Of a stretch of DNA of 64,000 nucleotides, positions 41,284-51,535 are shown in pieces. Numbering within the stretch: the stretch's first letter is position 1; the number at the start of each line of letters is the position of its first letter. The stretch lies in the NCBI GenBank assembly GCA_964433635.1, contig CAYSSG010000007.1:1609-65608 (forward strand). Direction: 5' to 3'. The position numbers and the translations under genes were made by a program. Below the pieces are notes generated by a model that saw only the letters and a program-made list of their open reading frames with translations, ran no database searches and was not told the DNA's origin. The stretch comes from an uncultured Atribacterota bacterium (GTDB lineage: Bacteria; Atribacterota; Phoenicimicrobiia; Phoenicimicrobiales; Stramentimicrobiaceae).

Positions 41284-42951
41284 ATGAAAAGCAGTTCCAG
41301 GTTAACTCCTTTGCTGATTCTAATCGTAGGTTTCCTGACAGTATGTCCGGTTGTTATGCTGGTTTTTGGCAGTTTTTCAGAAGGCCTAAGCACATTCGGA
41401 ACATTTACTCTCAATAAATATATTTCGGCATATACAGATTCAGATTTTGCGAAAATTATCACCACTACAATCATCTTTGTAGTCGGAGCTTCAATCGTTG
41501 CTACATTACTGGCTTTGTTTTTGGCCTACCTGAACAACAGAACGGATATACCATTTAAATTTTTATTCAGAATCATTTCCATTACCCCCATGATGATTCC
41601 CCATATCCTGTTTTCGGTAAGCTGGGTTTTGTTATTAAATCCTTCTAATGGCATTTTGAATCTGATGCTAAAACAACTATTTTCCCTGGAAAGTTCGCCT
41701 TTAAATATCTATTCCGTCTGGGGAATGATCCTGGTTGAAGGGTTGTTAGATATGCCAATTGCCTACCTCATTATAGCACCGGCTATGGCATCCTTTGATG
41801 TCAATCTGGAAGAGTCTTCCCGCGTATTTGGAGCAAATTCCGGGCAAACTTTATTCCGGATTACGCTACCGGTTCTCAGGCCGGCTATCCTGGCTGCTTT
41901 TATTCTTTGTATTGTTCGCTGCATGGCTTCCTTTGCTGTTCCTTCGGTGATTGGTATGCCAGGCAGGATTTATGTTTTAGCAACTCATATTTATCAGACG
42001 ATATCGGTGGGATTTTCGGTAGATTATGGTAAAGCTGCAGCCATAGGAATGAGCGTACTGGTGACATCAGTGTCACTTATCTATATATACAGGTATTTAA
42101 CTTCTGAAAGCGAAAAATATGTTACTATTTCCAGTCGTGGTTACCGCCCGACTGTCATTGAGCTGAAAAAAGCTAAAATACCTTTATTTGTTATCCTGGC
42201 TCTTTTAATGTTTATTCTTGTTGTGCTTCCAGTATTAGTATTGATTTACACCTCATTAGTGCCTTATTCAATGGTTCCCAGTGCCAGAGCTTTTTCCATG
42301 ATGAGTTTGCGTCATTGGAATGCAGTGTTAAAAGATCCGATATCCCTGGTATCATTAAAAAATAGCTTGTTTCTGGGGGTTTTCGGAGCCACTCTTGGTG
42401 TAATTCTATCAATCTTTGTAGCCTATACCATTGTAAAGATAAGGACAAGGGCCTCAGGTTTCCTTGAATCATTAAGCTTTTTGTCTTTTTCCTTCCCCGG
42501 TATCGTTATTGGCATAGGGTTCATGTGGTTTTTTGTCCGAACCCCGATATATGCTACTATATGGGCTTTACTTGTTGGTTATATTGCTACCTATCTGCCT
42601 TATGGTATTCGTCCCCTGAGCAGTGCTTTCGTGCAAATACATAAACATCTTGAGGAATCATCCATGGTTTGCGGAGCAAAACCACTGATAACATTGTGGA
42701 GAATTATTATTCCTTTACTGGTTCCGGGTATTGTTTCCGGATGGATTCTTATGGCCACCATGTTTTTGCGTGAATTATCCCTTTCGGTGGTTCTTTCTCG
42801 GCCGGGAACCGAGGTTTTAGCGGTACAGATTCTTCGTTTTGCTGGAGACGGTCTATGGGGAAGACTTTCAGCATTAGGTATTATTATGATTGCTATATCC
42901 ACCATCCTTGTTACCCTGGTTAATTATATTGGTACGAAATTAAAATCCTGA
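41284..42951 (+). CDS. ABC transporter permease, fused two-domain Fbp-type (second system)
   Basis: Two tandem TMD units. ATG at 41284 follows GGAG. Confidence 0.8.
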   Translation: MKSSSRLTPLLILIVGFLTVCPVVMLVFGSFSEGLSTFGTFTLNKYISAYTDSDFAKIITTTIIFVVGASIVATLLALFLAYLNNRTDIPFKFLFRIISITPMMIPHILFSVSWVLLLNPSNGILNLMLKQLFSLESSPLNIYSVWGMILVEGLLDMPIAYLIIAPAMASFDVNLEESSRVFGANSGQTLFRITLPVLRPAILAAFILCIVRCMASFAVPSVIGMPGRIYVLATHIYQTISVGFSVDYGKAAAIGMSVLVTSVSLIYIYRYLTSESEKYVTISSRGYRPTVIELKKAKIPLFVILALLMFILVVLPVLVLIYTSLVPYSMVPSARAFSMMSLRHWNAVLKDPISLVSLKNSLFLGVFGATLGVILSIFVAYTIVKIRTRASGFLESLSFLSFSFPGIVIGIGFMWFFVRTPIYATIWALLVGYIATYLPYGIRPLSSAFVQIHKHLEESSMVCGAKPLITLWRIIIPLLVPGIVSGWILMATMFLRELSLSVVLSRPGTEVLAVQILRFAGDGLWGRLSALGIIMIAISTILVTLVNYIGTKLKS

Positions 42952-43242
42952 GGAAATCACTGGGATTATTTCTTGATATAGAAGCTTCTTAGTTTATCTC
43001 ATAAAGTATCTTTTCACCCATTACCTGTGACTTATATAATATAAAAACAGAAAGATGATTATACTTATTCAATAAACGCTAAAAGAATAAACTGACAGGA
43101 TTGAGAAATTTCTCTTAAGAGGAAGTTAAAAGGGAATCCCGGGAATTGGTTTAAGTGATAAATTGACTTATAAATGCCTCGGATGAAGTTGAACATTGAA
43201 ACAGGTAGTTAAGAAGATATTTTTAAATAAGGAAGAGGTTTT

Positions 43243-44250
43243 ATGGATTTATCTCAAGTAAGAAATCAGAAAGTGATTATTGCGGGTAAAAGTTTCCCTG
43301 CTATTTATCATTATTTAAAAGAAAAACTACCGGAAGTTGACCTGAAAGCAGTTGAGCAAAAAGAACTGAGTCAGGAAGCTGAAGATGCGCATGTCATTAT
43401 TCCAACCATGTCAAAAATTGATTCAGATTTAATAGAGAGATCCTCTCATCTGATGCTTATTCAGCAATGGGGAGCAGGATTGGAAGGAGTAGCGATCGAG
43501 CAAGCCACCAAACAGAACATACCTGTTGCCAACGTGCCTTCTTTGGGTTCAGGAAATGCTGAGTCGGTAGCAGAATGGTATGTTATGGCTGTTTTAAATT
43601 TATGTCGGAAAGAATATGAAACACGTTTTTACGGAGAAAAAAATTTTGTGTGGGGTGCACCCATTGGGAAGGCACTCGTTGGTCGAACTGCCGGATTAAT
43701 CGGATTTGGTGGCGTTGGAAAAGAATTAGCCAGGCGGCTAAAAGGATTTCAGGTGAAGATCATTGCGATTCAGCGTCATCCTGATCAGGCGGCTGCAGAG
43801 GAGTATGGTTTAGAATGGATTGGTTCTGAACAGGACTTACCGAAACTTCTGCATCAGACGGACTTTTTATTTTTATGTCTTCCCTTAAACAAACACTCTT
43901 TTCATCTATTAAATCAAGAAACGATTGCCATGCTTCCCAAAGATGCCTGTATTCTGAATGCAGCCAGAGGCGCTATTATTGAAAAGGAAGCACTAATGAA
44001 AGCATTACAAAAAGGGAATTTAGGCGGTGTAGCCATGGATGTTTTCTGGGAGGAACCGCTCAATCCCAATGATCCGATTAAAGATTTCCCCAATGTATTT
44101 TTAACACCTCATATTGCCGGGATAACTGATTATTCCTATCAGGGTATTTCAGTACAGGTAGCAGGAAATATTTCACGGGTATTTAGAGGCCATCTTCCCC
44201 TTCATTGCGTCAATCCGGAAGTGAAACCAGAATGGTTAAAAAAACAATAA
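43243..44250 (+). CDS. D-isomer-specific 2-hydroxyacid dehydrogenase (NAD-binding)
   Basis: NAD-binding GxGxxG motif (GLIGFGGVGKELARRL) and the catalytic-domain pattern (...NAARGAIIEKEAL...GGVAMDVFWEEP...FLTPHIAGIT). Confidence 0.85.
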   Translation: MDLSQVRNQKVIIAGKSFPAIYHYLKEKLPEVDLKAVEQKELSQEAEDAHVIIPTMSKIDSDLIERSSHLMLIQQWGAGLEGVAIEQATKQNIPVANVPSLGSGNAESVAEWYVMAVLNLCRKEYETRFYGEKNFVWGAPIGKALVGRTAGLIGFGGVGKELARRLKGFQVKIIAIQRHPDQAAAEEYGLEWIGSEQDLPKLLHQTDFLFLCLPLNKHSFHLLNQETIAMLPKDACILNAARGAIIEKEALMKALQKGNLGGVAMDVFWEEPLNPNDPIKDFPNVFLTPHIAGITDYSYQGISVQVAGNISRVFRGHLPLHCVNPEVKPEWLKKQ

Positions 44251-44401
44251 ATAAATGAAACTATGATCAAAAATAAAGATATCTCTTTCAGGGAGTGATC
44301 TTCAGTCACAGGATATTTTGCTTGTCACTTAGGAAAAAATGTAATCCTATAGAAAAATCTTAATCATTGCTTGATTAGAAAGAGTAAAGAAGATTAAGAG
44401 A

Positions 44402-44641
44402 ATGGGAATAAATTTGGTTATTCTCCTATTCATCATAGCTTATGGTGCCCTAATATTGATATTCTTAGGCACAATAAAAAAATGTAATGCCTTGAAAACA
44501 GAAAACGATCGACTAAAGGACCTGATTATGAAAGTTCAAACCAGGGGAACAAACAAGGAACAGAAACTCCCGGAGTATCAATCTATTATTGACAAGATAA
44601 AAAACAGATATCAGGATAGCAAGGATGAGAAGAAAAAGTGA
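44402..44641 (+). CDS. Small hypothetical membrane protein (79 aa)
   Basis: One N-terminal TM helix (MGINLVILLFIIAYGALILIFLGTI) and a charged C-terminus. No RBS evident. Confidence 0.3.
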   Translation: MGINLVILLFIIAYGALILIFLGTIKKCNALKTENDRLKDLIMKVQTRGTNKEQKLPEYQSIIDKIKNRYQDSKDEKKK

Positions 44642-44885
44642 AATTCGGAATGATTTTACTTCAGGTTACAGTATCGATTTCCCTGGTTTTCTGGAAATAT
44701 CAAAGACCACCCACAGACTATCTGATTTATTAATCCAAAACACGAAGATTATCATCATAAAGTTGATTGGCTGAAGGAACAACTTTCCAATGGGTTAAGG
44801 ATTAAATTACTCTACGTTGACAAGGAGAAAGCCCTAATGGAATTTATCGAAAAAGAAATAAAGATATGAAACTGGTGATGGTGAA

Positions 44886-45443
44886 TTATGTTCTAAACAC
44901 AATGGGCAGGTCACTGATCAACTTTCTCCAGACCATATGATGGAACCCTGCACCCCAGAAATCCTTCAGCATATAGGCAGGTGCTCCGAACTTCTTTTTC
45001 CATACCTTCTGAGCACGCGGAAATCCGCTATCCAGACAGAACTCTTTAATGTTTCTGTTCAGGAATGTCAGGTAGATCATATTTAAAAGTAATGTTCCTA
45101 TGCCTTGTTTCTGGTAGTCCGGGTGAACGAACACTGTACCTACTTCAATGACACCATTCAATTCCCCATCAGTACACTCTATCACCAGTTGGCTGGTCGG
45201 ACCATATTCAATGGTACCAACAATCTTCTCATTATCTAAAGCTATTAGGAAATAACGTTTTTCTCCATTTGATTCAAAGTCTTCCTGTGCCAGGTTTTCC
45301 TTATCCTGAATCTCTTTCTCCATTTCAGGTACCCGATCTATTAATCCTTCTTTACGATAGGTATCAGTGAGCACTAAAGTAAAGAACTGTTTCATTGCTT
45401 CCCTGTCACCGTTCACTACCCTCCGAATTTTTATGTTTGGCAT
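44886..45443 (-). CDS. GNAT family N-acetyltransferase
   Basis: GNAT motif A region (VFVHPDYQKQGIGTLLLNMI) and a strong RBS AAGGAGGA upstream on the minus strand. Confidence 0.8.
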   Translation of the reverse strand: MPNIKIRRVVNGDREAMKQFFTLVLTDTYRKEGLIDRVPEMEKEIQDKENLAQEDFESNGEKRYFLIALDNEKIVGTIEYGPTSQLVIECTDGELNGVIEVGTVFVHPDYQKQGIGTLLLNMIYLTFLNRNIKEFCLDSGFPRAQKVWKKKFGAPAYMLKDFWGAGFHHMVWRKLISDLPIVFRT

Positions 45444-45720
45444 ACGTTATCCTCCTTATAGTAAGGAATGAAAAGATTTGAGATTCTCCAAATCAATGCT
45501 TATTAATGAATATGTTTTAGAAGGTAACCTGTCTTTCTGTGCCTTCCAGGATGGTTGATTCAAATAGAGATATAATTCAATTATAGATGAGTTCTATCGT
45601 AGAATCAAATGAAAGAATTGGATTCAAGAATTCATTAGGATTTTCTTTCTTGAAAGTGTACGTTAGATTTGATATCCTGAAATTATTGACAGAAAAAATC
45701 TACAGTAGGAGGATGGATTC

Positions 45721-46593
45721 ATGGAATATAGAAAGTTAGGTCGCACGGGACTCAATGTTTCTGTTATCTCATTTGGAGGTGTGGTGGCGATAAATCTACA
45801 GCAGGAGGAAGTTAATAAAGCGGTTTCTTTAGCGATCAATAGAGGAGTAAACTTATTTGATGTTGGTCCGACTTATGGAGATGCTCAAAATAAGCTGGGT
45901 CCCGCGATTGAACAATATCGTAAGCAGATTATTTTAACTTGTAAAACCGAACCTGATAAAGACAAAAGGGAGGCCAGGGCGGATCTTGAGAATTCCCTTC
46001 AACTACTGAAGACCGATTTTTTTGATGTGTATCAACTGCATGAAGTAACCAGTGAAGATGCTTTGACAAAGGCAACCTCTCCGGGAGGGGCCTTAGAAGC
46101 CATCCTGGAAGCTAAAGAAGAAGGCCTGGTTAAATATATTGGATTCTCAGCTCACAGTGAAGATTTTGCCTTGAAACTCATGGAACTTTATGACTTTGAT
46201 ACGGTGATGTTTCCGGTCAACTGGAATTACTGGATGAAGGATCACCAGGGGGACGCGGTCATAAAAAAAGCATGTGAAACAAACAAGGGCATATTGGCTA
46301 TTAAGGCATTAGCCCAGAGGCAGTGGAAAGAAGGGGAGGAAAAATTTGGATATGATACCTGGTATAAACCTCTGTTTGATAATGATGAATTAGCCGAGCT
46401 GGCTTTTAAATTTACTTTATCCAAAGATGTTGATACAGCAGTTTGTCCGGGGGATCAGAGGCTGTTGGTTAAATGCCTTGATTTAGAGGAAGCACTTAAA
46501 GGATCCTATACGCTTTCCGATACTGAAAAAGAAAAGCTGGAAGGATTTGTTCATTCACATGGGGGGAAACTATATCCAATCGTAAAATTTTAA
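45721..46593 (+). CDS. Aldo/keto reductase
   Basis: AKR N-terminal pattern (MEYRKLGRTGLNVSVISFGG) and typical downstream motifs. RBS AGGAGG. Confidence 0.85.
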   Translation: MEYRKLGRTGLNVSVISFGGVVAINLQQEEVNKAVSLAINRGVNLFDVGPTYGDAQNKLGPAIEQYRKQIILTCKTEPDKDKREARADLENSLQLLKTDFFDVYQLHEVTSEDALTKATSPGGALEAILEAKEEGLVKYIGFSAHSEDFALKLMELYDFDTVMFPVNWNYWMKDHQGDAVIKKACETNKGILAIKALAQRQWKEGEEKFGYDTWYKPLFDNDELAELAFKFTLSKDVDTAVCPGDQRLLVKCLDLEEALKGSYTLSDTEKEKLEGFVHSHGGKLYPIVKF

Positions 46594-46817
46594 TCTTTTT
46601 ATTATTAAAGATTCCTTGCTCGGACTTCAGAGGAATAGCAAAGGGTGATAGAACATCCAGATCGAAAATGGCTGAAGACCTCCTTGAGCTTGAAAGAGAC
46701 CGGAAGTAGAGGAAATCAGAAAATTATTAAATTTTTTGACTAGTAAAGATTATTTGTTTGACCCAATTGCAAAGAAAATGCTATAATTTTTAATAATGAT
46801 ACATGATGGAAGCGGTT

Positions 46818-47960
46818 ATGATTAAAGTTGATATGCTTATCAAAGGAGGACGAGTTATTGATCCCAGTCTTGGAATTGATTTTGTTAGCGATATAGTTAT
46901 AGACAACGGTTGTTTTATAGATCCCGGTAGCGAAGTAGTCGAAGCAGAAACAGTAATCGATGCTACTGATCATATCGTAACACCTGGCCTAATTGATTTT
47001 CATCTCCACATTGCTCACCGAACATCCTCAATCTCTATCAATCCGGACATTTTTCTTATGTCCAATGGTATTACCAGTGCCAATGATGCTGGTAGTACGG
47101 GAACAATCTGTACTGAAGGGTTTATTCTTGATATTGCTTACAAAAGCCCACTTACAATCAAGACATGGATTAATGTTCTTCCATTAGGTATTCCCGTACA
47201 TAGTTATCCTCCTGATGAAATAACCTTAAGCGGTCATGAATATCATGAATTAAAGTATCTTCTTGATCGTTATCCTGATAATATTCTAGGTATCAAGCTT
47301 TGGAGTAAACTTGGTGGACGCAGCCTTGAAGAGAGTCTTAAACTCGCAGAACTTCTTGAAACAAAACTTTGTATTCATGCATGTGCCAGTATTCGTGAGT
47401 ATGAAGAAGTCCTTAGTCTAGTTCGAAAAGATGATATAATTTCTCACTTCTATCAGGATCAGGGCAGTAACATTCTTGATGCAAAAGGAAAAGTTAAAAA
47501 GAGTGCATGGGAAGCGAAGGAGCGGGGAGTAGTTTTTGATACTGCCAATGGTAAAGGCAATTATAGCTATGATCTTGCTAAGAAGGCAATTAAACAAGGC
47601 TTCTTTCCAAATATAATTTCTTCTGACTGTACGAACGGCTTAACTGCCTGGACAAAATTCAGCTTTGCACTACCTTATGTAATGACAGGCTACTATGCTC
47701 TCGGTATGCCCTTAAATGAAATAATCCGCGCTGTTACTGAAACACCTGCACGCCTGATGGGTATGGAAGGAAAAATTGGTACTCTAAAGCCCGGGGCATT
47801 TGCTGATGTAACAATTATAAAGATTGATTACACTCCTCACAAGATCTGTGATGCAAGAAATAGCACACCCGTAGAGAGTCGAGGAATGCTTATTCCGCAA
47901 GTTACTATCAAGAATGGCATTATCGCTTACAGGCGTATGGAATTCCTTTTCCTACGTTAA
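46818..47960 (+). CDS. Metal-dependent amidohydrolase (dihydroorotase/DHOase-like fold)
   Basis: N-terminus MIKVDMLIKGGRVIDP plus an HxH metal motif (DFHLHIAH) and further His/Asp ligand contexts. The start is ambiguous: 46803, 46818 or 46833. Confidence 0.7.
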   Translation: MIKVDMLIKGGRVIDPSLGIDFVSDIVIDNGCFIDPGSEVVEAETVIDATDHIVTPGLIDFHLHIAHRTSSISINPDIFLMSNGITSANDAGSTGTICTEGFILDIAYKSPLTIKTWINVLPLGIPVHSYPPDEITLSGHEYHELKYLLDRYPDNILGIKLWSKLGGRSLEESLKLAELLETKLCIHACASIREYEEVLSLVRKDDIISHFYQDQGSNILDAKGKVKKSAWEAKERGVVFDTANGKGNYSYDLAKKAIKQGFFPNIISSDCTNGLTAWTKFSFALPYVMTGYYALGMPLNEIIRAVTETPARLMGMEGKIGTLKPGAFADVTIIKIDYTPHKICDARNSTPVESRGMLIPQVTIKNGIIAYRRMEFLFLR

Positions 47961-48169
47961 TTCAATACTATTTGAATTATATGATAATCTGAAATAATTA
48001 GAAATTTTATTTCATTTGATTTCAAGATCAAATAATTAATTATCTGATTCATTCGATCACAATTCAAAAATAGGAATAGTCTATTTAACAATATGGATTA
48101 TATCTGGATAGTGCAGAGTTTACAGGTAAATATATTTACATTCATAGGAATTCTTGAAAGGGGAAAAAG

Positions 48170-48661
48170 ATGGCATTAATGAAATGGTTGGAAAAGAATA
48201 TGGAAATCACTATTCTAGCAGTGCTACTAGCAATTATAACTATTTTATCGTTCACCAATGTGGTATCCAGATATATATTCCACTCCTCTATTATATGGTC
48301 GGAAGCAGTTTGCAGGTATTCCCTGGTATTATCAGGCTTTTTCAGCATTCCTTGTTGGATACGCGCACGTTCGGGTATCAGAGTAGATGTATTCATACAG
48401 CTCCTTTCTAAAAAACTGCAGCATACAATAGATGTATTTGTACATGCCTTTCTACTTGTATTGTTTAGCTATTTATTTATCAATTCAATAGCAGTATTTA
48501 AATCGATTGGTGCTATGGGACAGATTATGCCTACATTAGGGATACCTATGAACTATATGTATGTATTGGTGGCAATAGCTTTTGCATTTTCAGTGATCAG
48601 GGTTATACAGGTGTTGTATTCCCAAATTAGCCTTTTATTACATGACACGGGGAAGGAATGA
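48170..48661 (+). CDS. dctQ: TRAP transporter small permease (DctQ family), second system
   Basis: 163 aa with four predicted TM helices. It lies immediately upstream of a dctM-like gene. Confidence 0.7.
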   Translation: MALMKWLEKNMEITILAVLLAIITILSFTNVVSRYIFHSSIIWSEAVCRYSLVLSGFFSIPCWIRARSGIRVDVFIQLLSKKLQHTIDVFVHAFLLVLFSYLFINSIAVFKSIGAMGQIMPTLGIPMNYMYVLVAIAFAFSVIRVIQVLYSQISLLLHDTGKE

Positions 48662-48664
48662 ATC

Positions 48665-49969
48665 ATGTCAATTGGTTTGTTCTTTTTATTTTTCTTGGTG
48701 ATGTTGGTTATAGGCATTCCCTTGGCTGCAATTTTCAGCAGTATGGCTTTTTTCCCATCACTTATCAATCCCGCATTTTCCTATAACTGCCAGGCGGCAA
48801 TTAAGAGTATGTTTGGAGGTCTCGATAGCTTTACTTTGCTTGCAGTCCCTCTGTTTATGTTATCTGGTATGATTATGGCCGAAGGTGGTATCTCTGAAAA
48901 ACTATTTAACTTTTTTGCGTACTTTGTTGGAAATAAGCGAGCTGGTTTTCCATGTGCAGTTATAATAACCTGTATGTTTTATGCCGCAATTTCTGGATCT
49001 TCACCTGCTACGGTTTCTGCAGTTGGTGCAATGACCATTCCGTTTTTAGTGAAAATGGGTTATGACAGAGTCTTTGCAGTAGCAATAGTGACAGTAGCTG
49101 GAGGACTAGGCGTTATCATACCACCAAGTATATCGTATATTGTTTTTTCTTCCATAACTAGTGTTTCTCCTTCCAGTCTCTTTATTGGTGGTATTATCCC
49201 AGGAATACTGATTGGTACAATGCTGATGTTATACGCCCAGATATATTGTCGGAAACATGGCGAGGACAGAAAATTACTAATGGCTCATTATCGAACTATA
49301 CGTGCGAAGGGTTTCTCGAAAACACTACAAGAAAGTTTATGGGCATTATTGACACCCATTATTATTCTTGGAAGCATTTATGGAGGTATTGTATCTCCAA
49401 CAGAGGCAGCAGTAATTTCAGTCGTATATTCAATTGCAGTCTGTATTTTTTCCTATCACACACTGACTTGGAAGGATCTTGGAAAGGTATTTCAAAAAGG
49501 TGCGAATACATATGTGGGAATTCTATTTATTATTGCTGCAGCAACCGCATTCTCTCGATGCATAACACTGCTACGTTATCCACAGACGATATCAGCAAGT
49601 ATTCTGGCGGCAGTATCTAATAAATATGCTGTTCTATTAGTAATGAATTTAATCATGTTGGTTTGTGGTACCCTGATTGACAACATCCCTAATATCATGA
49701 TACTTTCACCCATTTTACTGCCGATTTCTACAGCAGTAGGTGTTGATCCCGTACATTTTGGTATTATAATGACTGCAAACCTCGCAATTGGTATGGTCAC
49801 ACCGCCTATGGGAATTAATCTCTTTGTTGCAAGTAGCATGACCGAAATTCCAATATTCAAACTTGCAAAGGCAACAGTTCCATTTCTTATTGCTTTCCTA
49901 TTTGCCCTGATGCTTATTACCTTTATTCCGGGCCTATCATTGTTACTCCCTGCTCTTAGGGGTAACTAA
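48665..49969 (+). CDS. dctM: TRAP transporter large permease (DctM family), second system
   Basis: 434 aa with DctM motifs (SGMIMAEGGISEKLFNF...FYAAISGSSPATVSAVGAMTIPFL). Confidence 0.85.
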   Translation: MSIGLFFLFFLVMLVIGIPLAAIFSSMAFFPSLINPAFSYNCQAAIKSMFGGLDSFTLLAVPLFMLSGMIMAEGGISEKLFNFFAYFVGNKRAGFPCAVIITCMFYAAISGSSPATVSAVGAMTIPFLVKMGYDRVFAVAIVTVAGGLGVIIPPSISYIVFSSITSVSPSSLFIGGIIPGILIGTMLMLYAQIYCRKHGEDRKLLMAHYRTIRAKGFSKTLQESLWALLTPIIILGSIYGGIVSPTEAAVISVVYSIAVCIFSYHTLTWKDLGKVFQKGANTYVGILFIIAAATAFSRCITLLRYPQTISASILAAVSNKYAVLLVMNLIMLVCGTLIDNIPNIMILSPILLPISTAVGVDPVHFGIIMTANLAIGMVTPPMGINLFVASSMTEIPIFKLAKATVPFLIAFLFALMLITFIPGLSLLLPALRGN

Positions 49970-49996
49970 TAAAAAAAAATAAAAGGAGAGAAAACT

Positions 49997-51031
49997 ATGA
50001 AAGAGCTTATGAAATTTCAGAAAGTACTGGTTCTGTATCTTGCATGTACTCTAATAATATTTATGTGGATGGGTACTTGCGCAAGTTCTTCATCTGAGCA
50101 AGAGATGCCTTCCTATACCTGGACAGCAGCACTTAATGTAGCGCCAACCACAATCAATTATATGATTGTGGAAAAATTTGCTAATCTTATTCATGAGCGC
50201 AGCAATGGGAAGATAACAGTCGAGATTTATCCCAGCGGTCAACTCGGTAGTGACAACGAAATGAACCAGGGTGTATATGCCGGCTCTATCGATATTGCAT
50301 CCAGTATGACGACAGGTATCGTGGACTTTGTTCCTGAGATGGCACTCTTTGATCTTCCCAACTTATTTCCCAATGTTGAAGTGATGCGTAAAGTTCTCCA
50401 AAGTGATTTTTTTGATACTCTCAACGAGTATGTCAGAAAAGGTGGTTTCACAATGCTTGGCTACTCAGATGCAGGGTTCAGGCAGCTGAGTGCCAGTAAG
50501 GAAATCCGAACATTTAAAGATATTTCTGGAATAAAGATACGCACCATGCTTAATGAAAACCATATTGCCTATTGGAAATCAATCGGTGCTAACCCACTGG
50601 CAATGGACTTTGGTGAGGTTTTCATGGCTCTTCAACAGGGAACAATTGATGGCCAGGAAAATCCTTACATGAACATTGTCGGTAACAATTTCCATGAAGT
50701 GCAGAAGTACATTATCGAAACAAATCATATCGGTCATATTATTACTTTCTATATGAATAATAGTTTGTATCAGAGCCTTCCTGATAATGTAAAAGAGCTT
50801 GTTGATGAGTGTGCTAAGGAAGCTATCACATATGGTAACAGTAAATCCGATGAGAGCATTGCGGCTTATAAGAAGACTTGCATTGATGCAGGTTGTGAAA
50901 TCGTTACCTTATCTCAAGAGGATCTGCAGTCTATGCAGGATGCTGCTTCTGTAGTCTATGACATGGTTCGAAATAAGCTTGGTGATGAGCTGGTAGATGC
51001 TCTGCTTAATGCTGTTGAAGCTGCCAAATAA
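49997..51031 (+). CDS. dctP: TRAP transporter substrate-binding protein (DctP family), second system
   Basis: Lipoprotein-like signal (LYLACTLIIFMWMGTCASSSS) and DctP motifs (KIRTMLNENHIAYWKSIGANPLAMDFGEVFMALQQGTIDGQENP). RBS AAAGGAGAG. Confidence 0.8.
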   Translation: MKELMKFQKVLVLYLACTLIIFMWMGTCASSSSEQEMPSYTWTAALNVAPTTINYMIVEKFANLIHERSNGKITVEIYPSGQLGSDNEMNQGVYAGSIDIASSMTTGIVDFVPEMALFDLPNLFPNVEVMRKVLQSDFFDTLNEYVRKGGFTMLGYSDAGFRQLSASKEIRTFKDISGIKIRTMLNENHIAYWKSIGANPLAMDFGEVFMALQQGTIDGQENPYMNIVGNNFHEVQKYIIETNHIGHIITFYMNNSLYQSLPDNVKELVDECAKEAITYGNSKSDESIAAYKKTCIDAGCEIVTLSQEDLQSMQDAASVVYDMVRNKLGDELVDALLNAVEAAK

Positions 51032-51535
51032 TTGAGTTGTGAAGATGTTGTACTACTTAGAAGGATTATGAGTTTATTAAGAAAGGGACAATCAGGCTAA
51101 TAGTAGAATCTAAAATAAAAAGCATCGTTTCAGATTGTCCCTAAAGTACTCCTTTGGATTATTCATTTAGAAAATTTAAAAATAAGTTTGTTAAAATACC
51201 TAAAGTATTTTGTAACCATAATAAAACAATATGCTTTCCTTTTTCTCCGACACAGAAGTAGTTTTATAAACTGATTAATTCTTTTTTTGAAAACCCGGGT
51301 TATGCCTAGCTACACATTCAAATTCACTGGATAAGTTGTGATTATTTAAAAATATTATCTCTTTTTGAGGTTAAAGAACGGAAATATATTTATTAATAAT
51401 AATAGCATAATTTTATCTATTAATGGAAAAGTGGTTACCATTCTTTTTTAGAAAATGAATAGAATTTCAAAGAATACTATTTGATTTTATTCTATGCCAG
51501 TTTTCCTTTGAGATAAACAGGGAGAATGCCAGCTG

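Noticed and set aside
49246-49620. 124-aa ORF in an alternative + frame inside dctM (second TRAP system)
   Set aside because: Entirely inside the DctM coding region, with no RBS and a Cys/Ser-rich nonsense-like translation.
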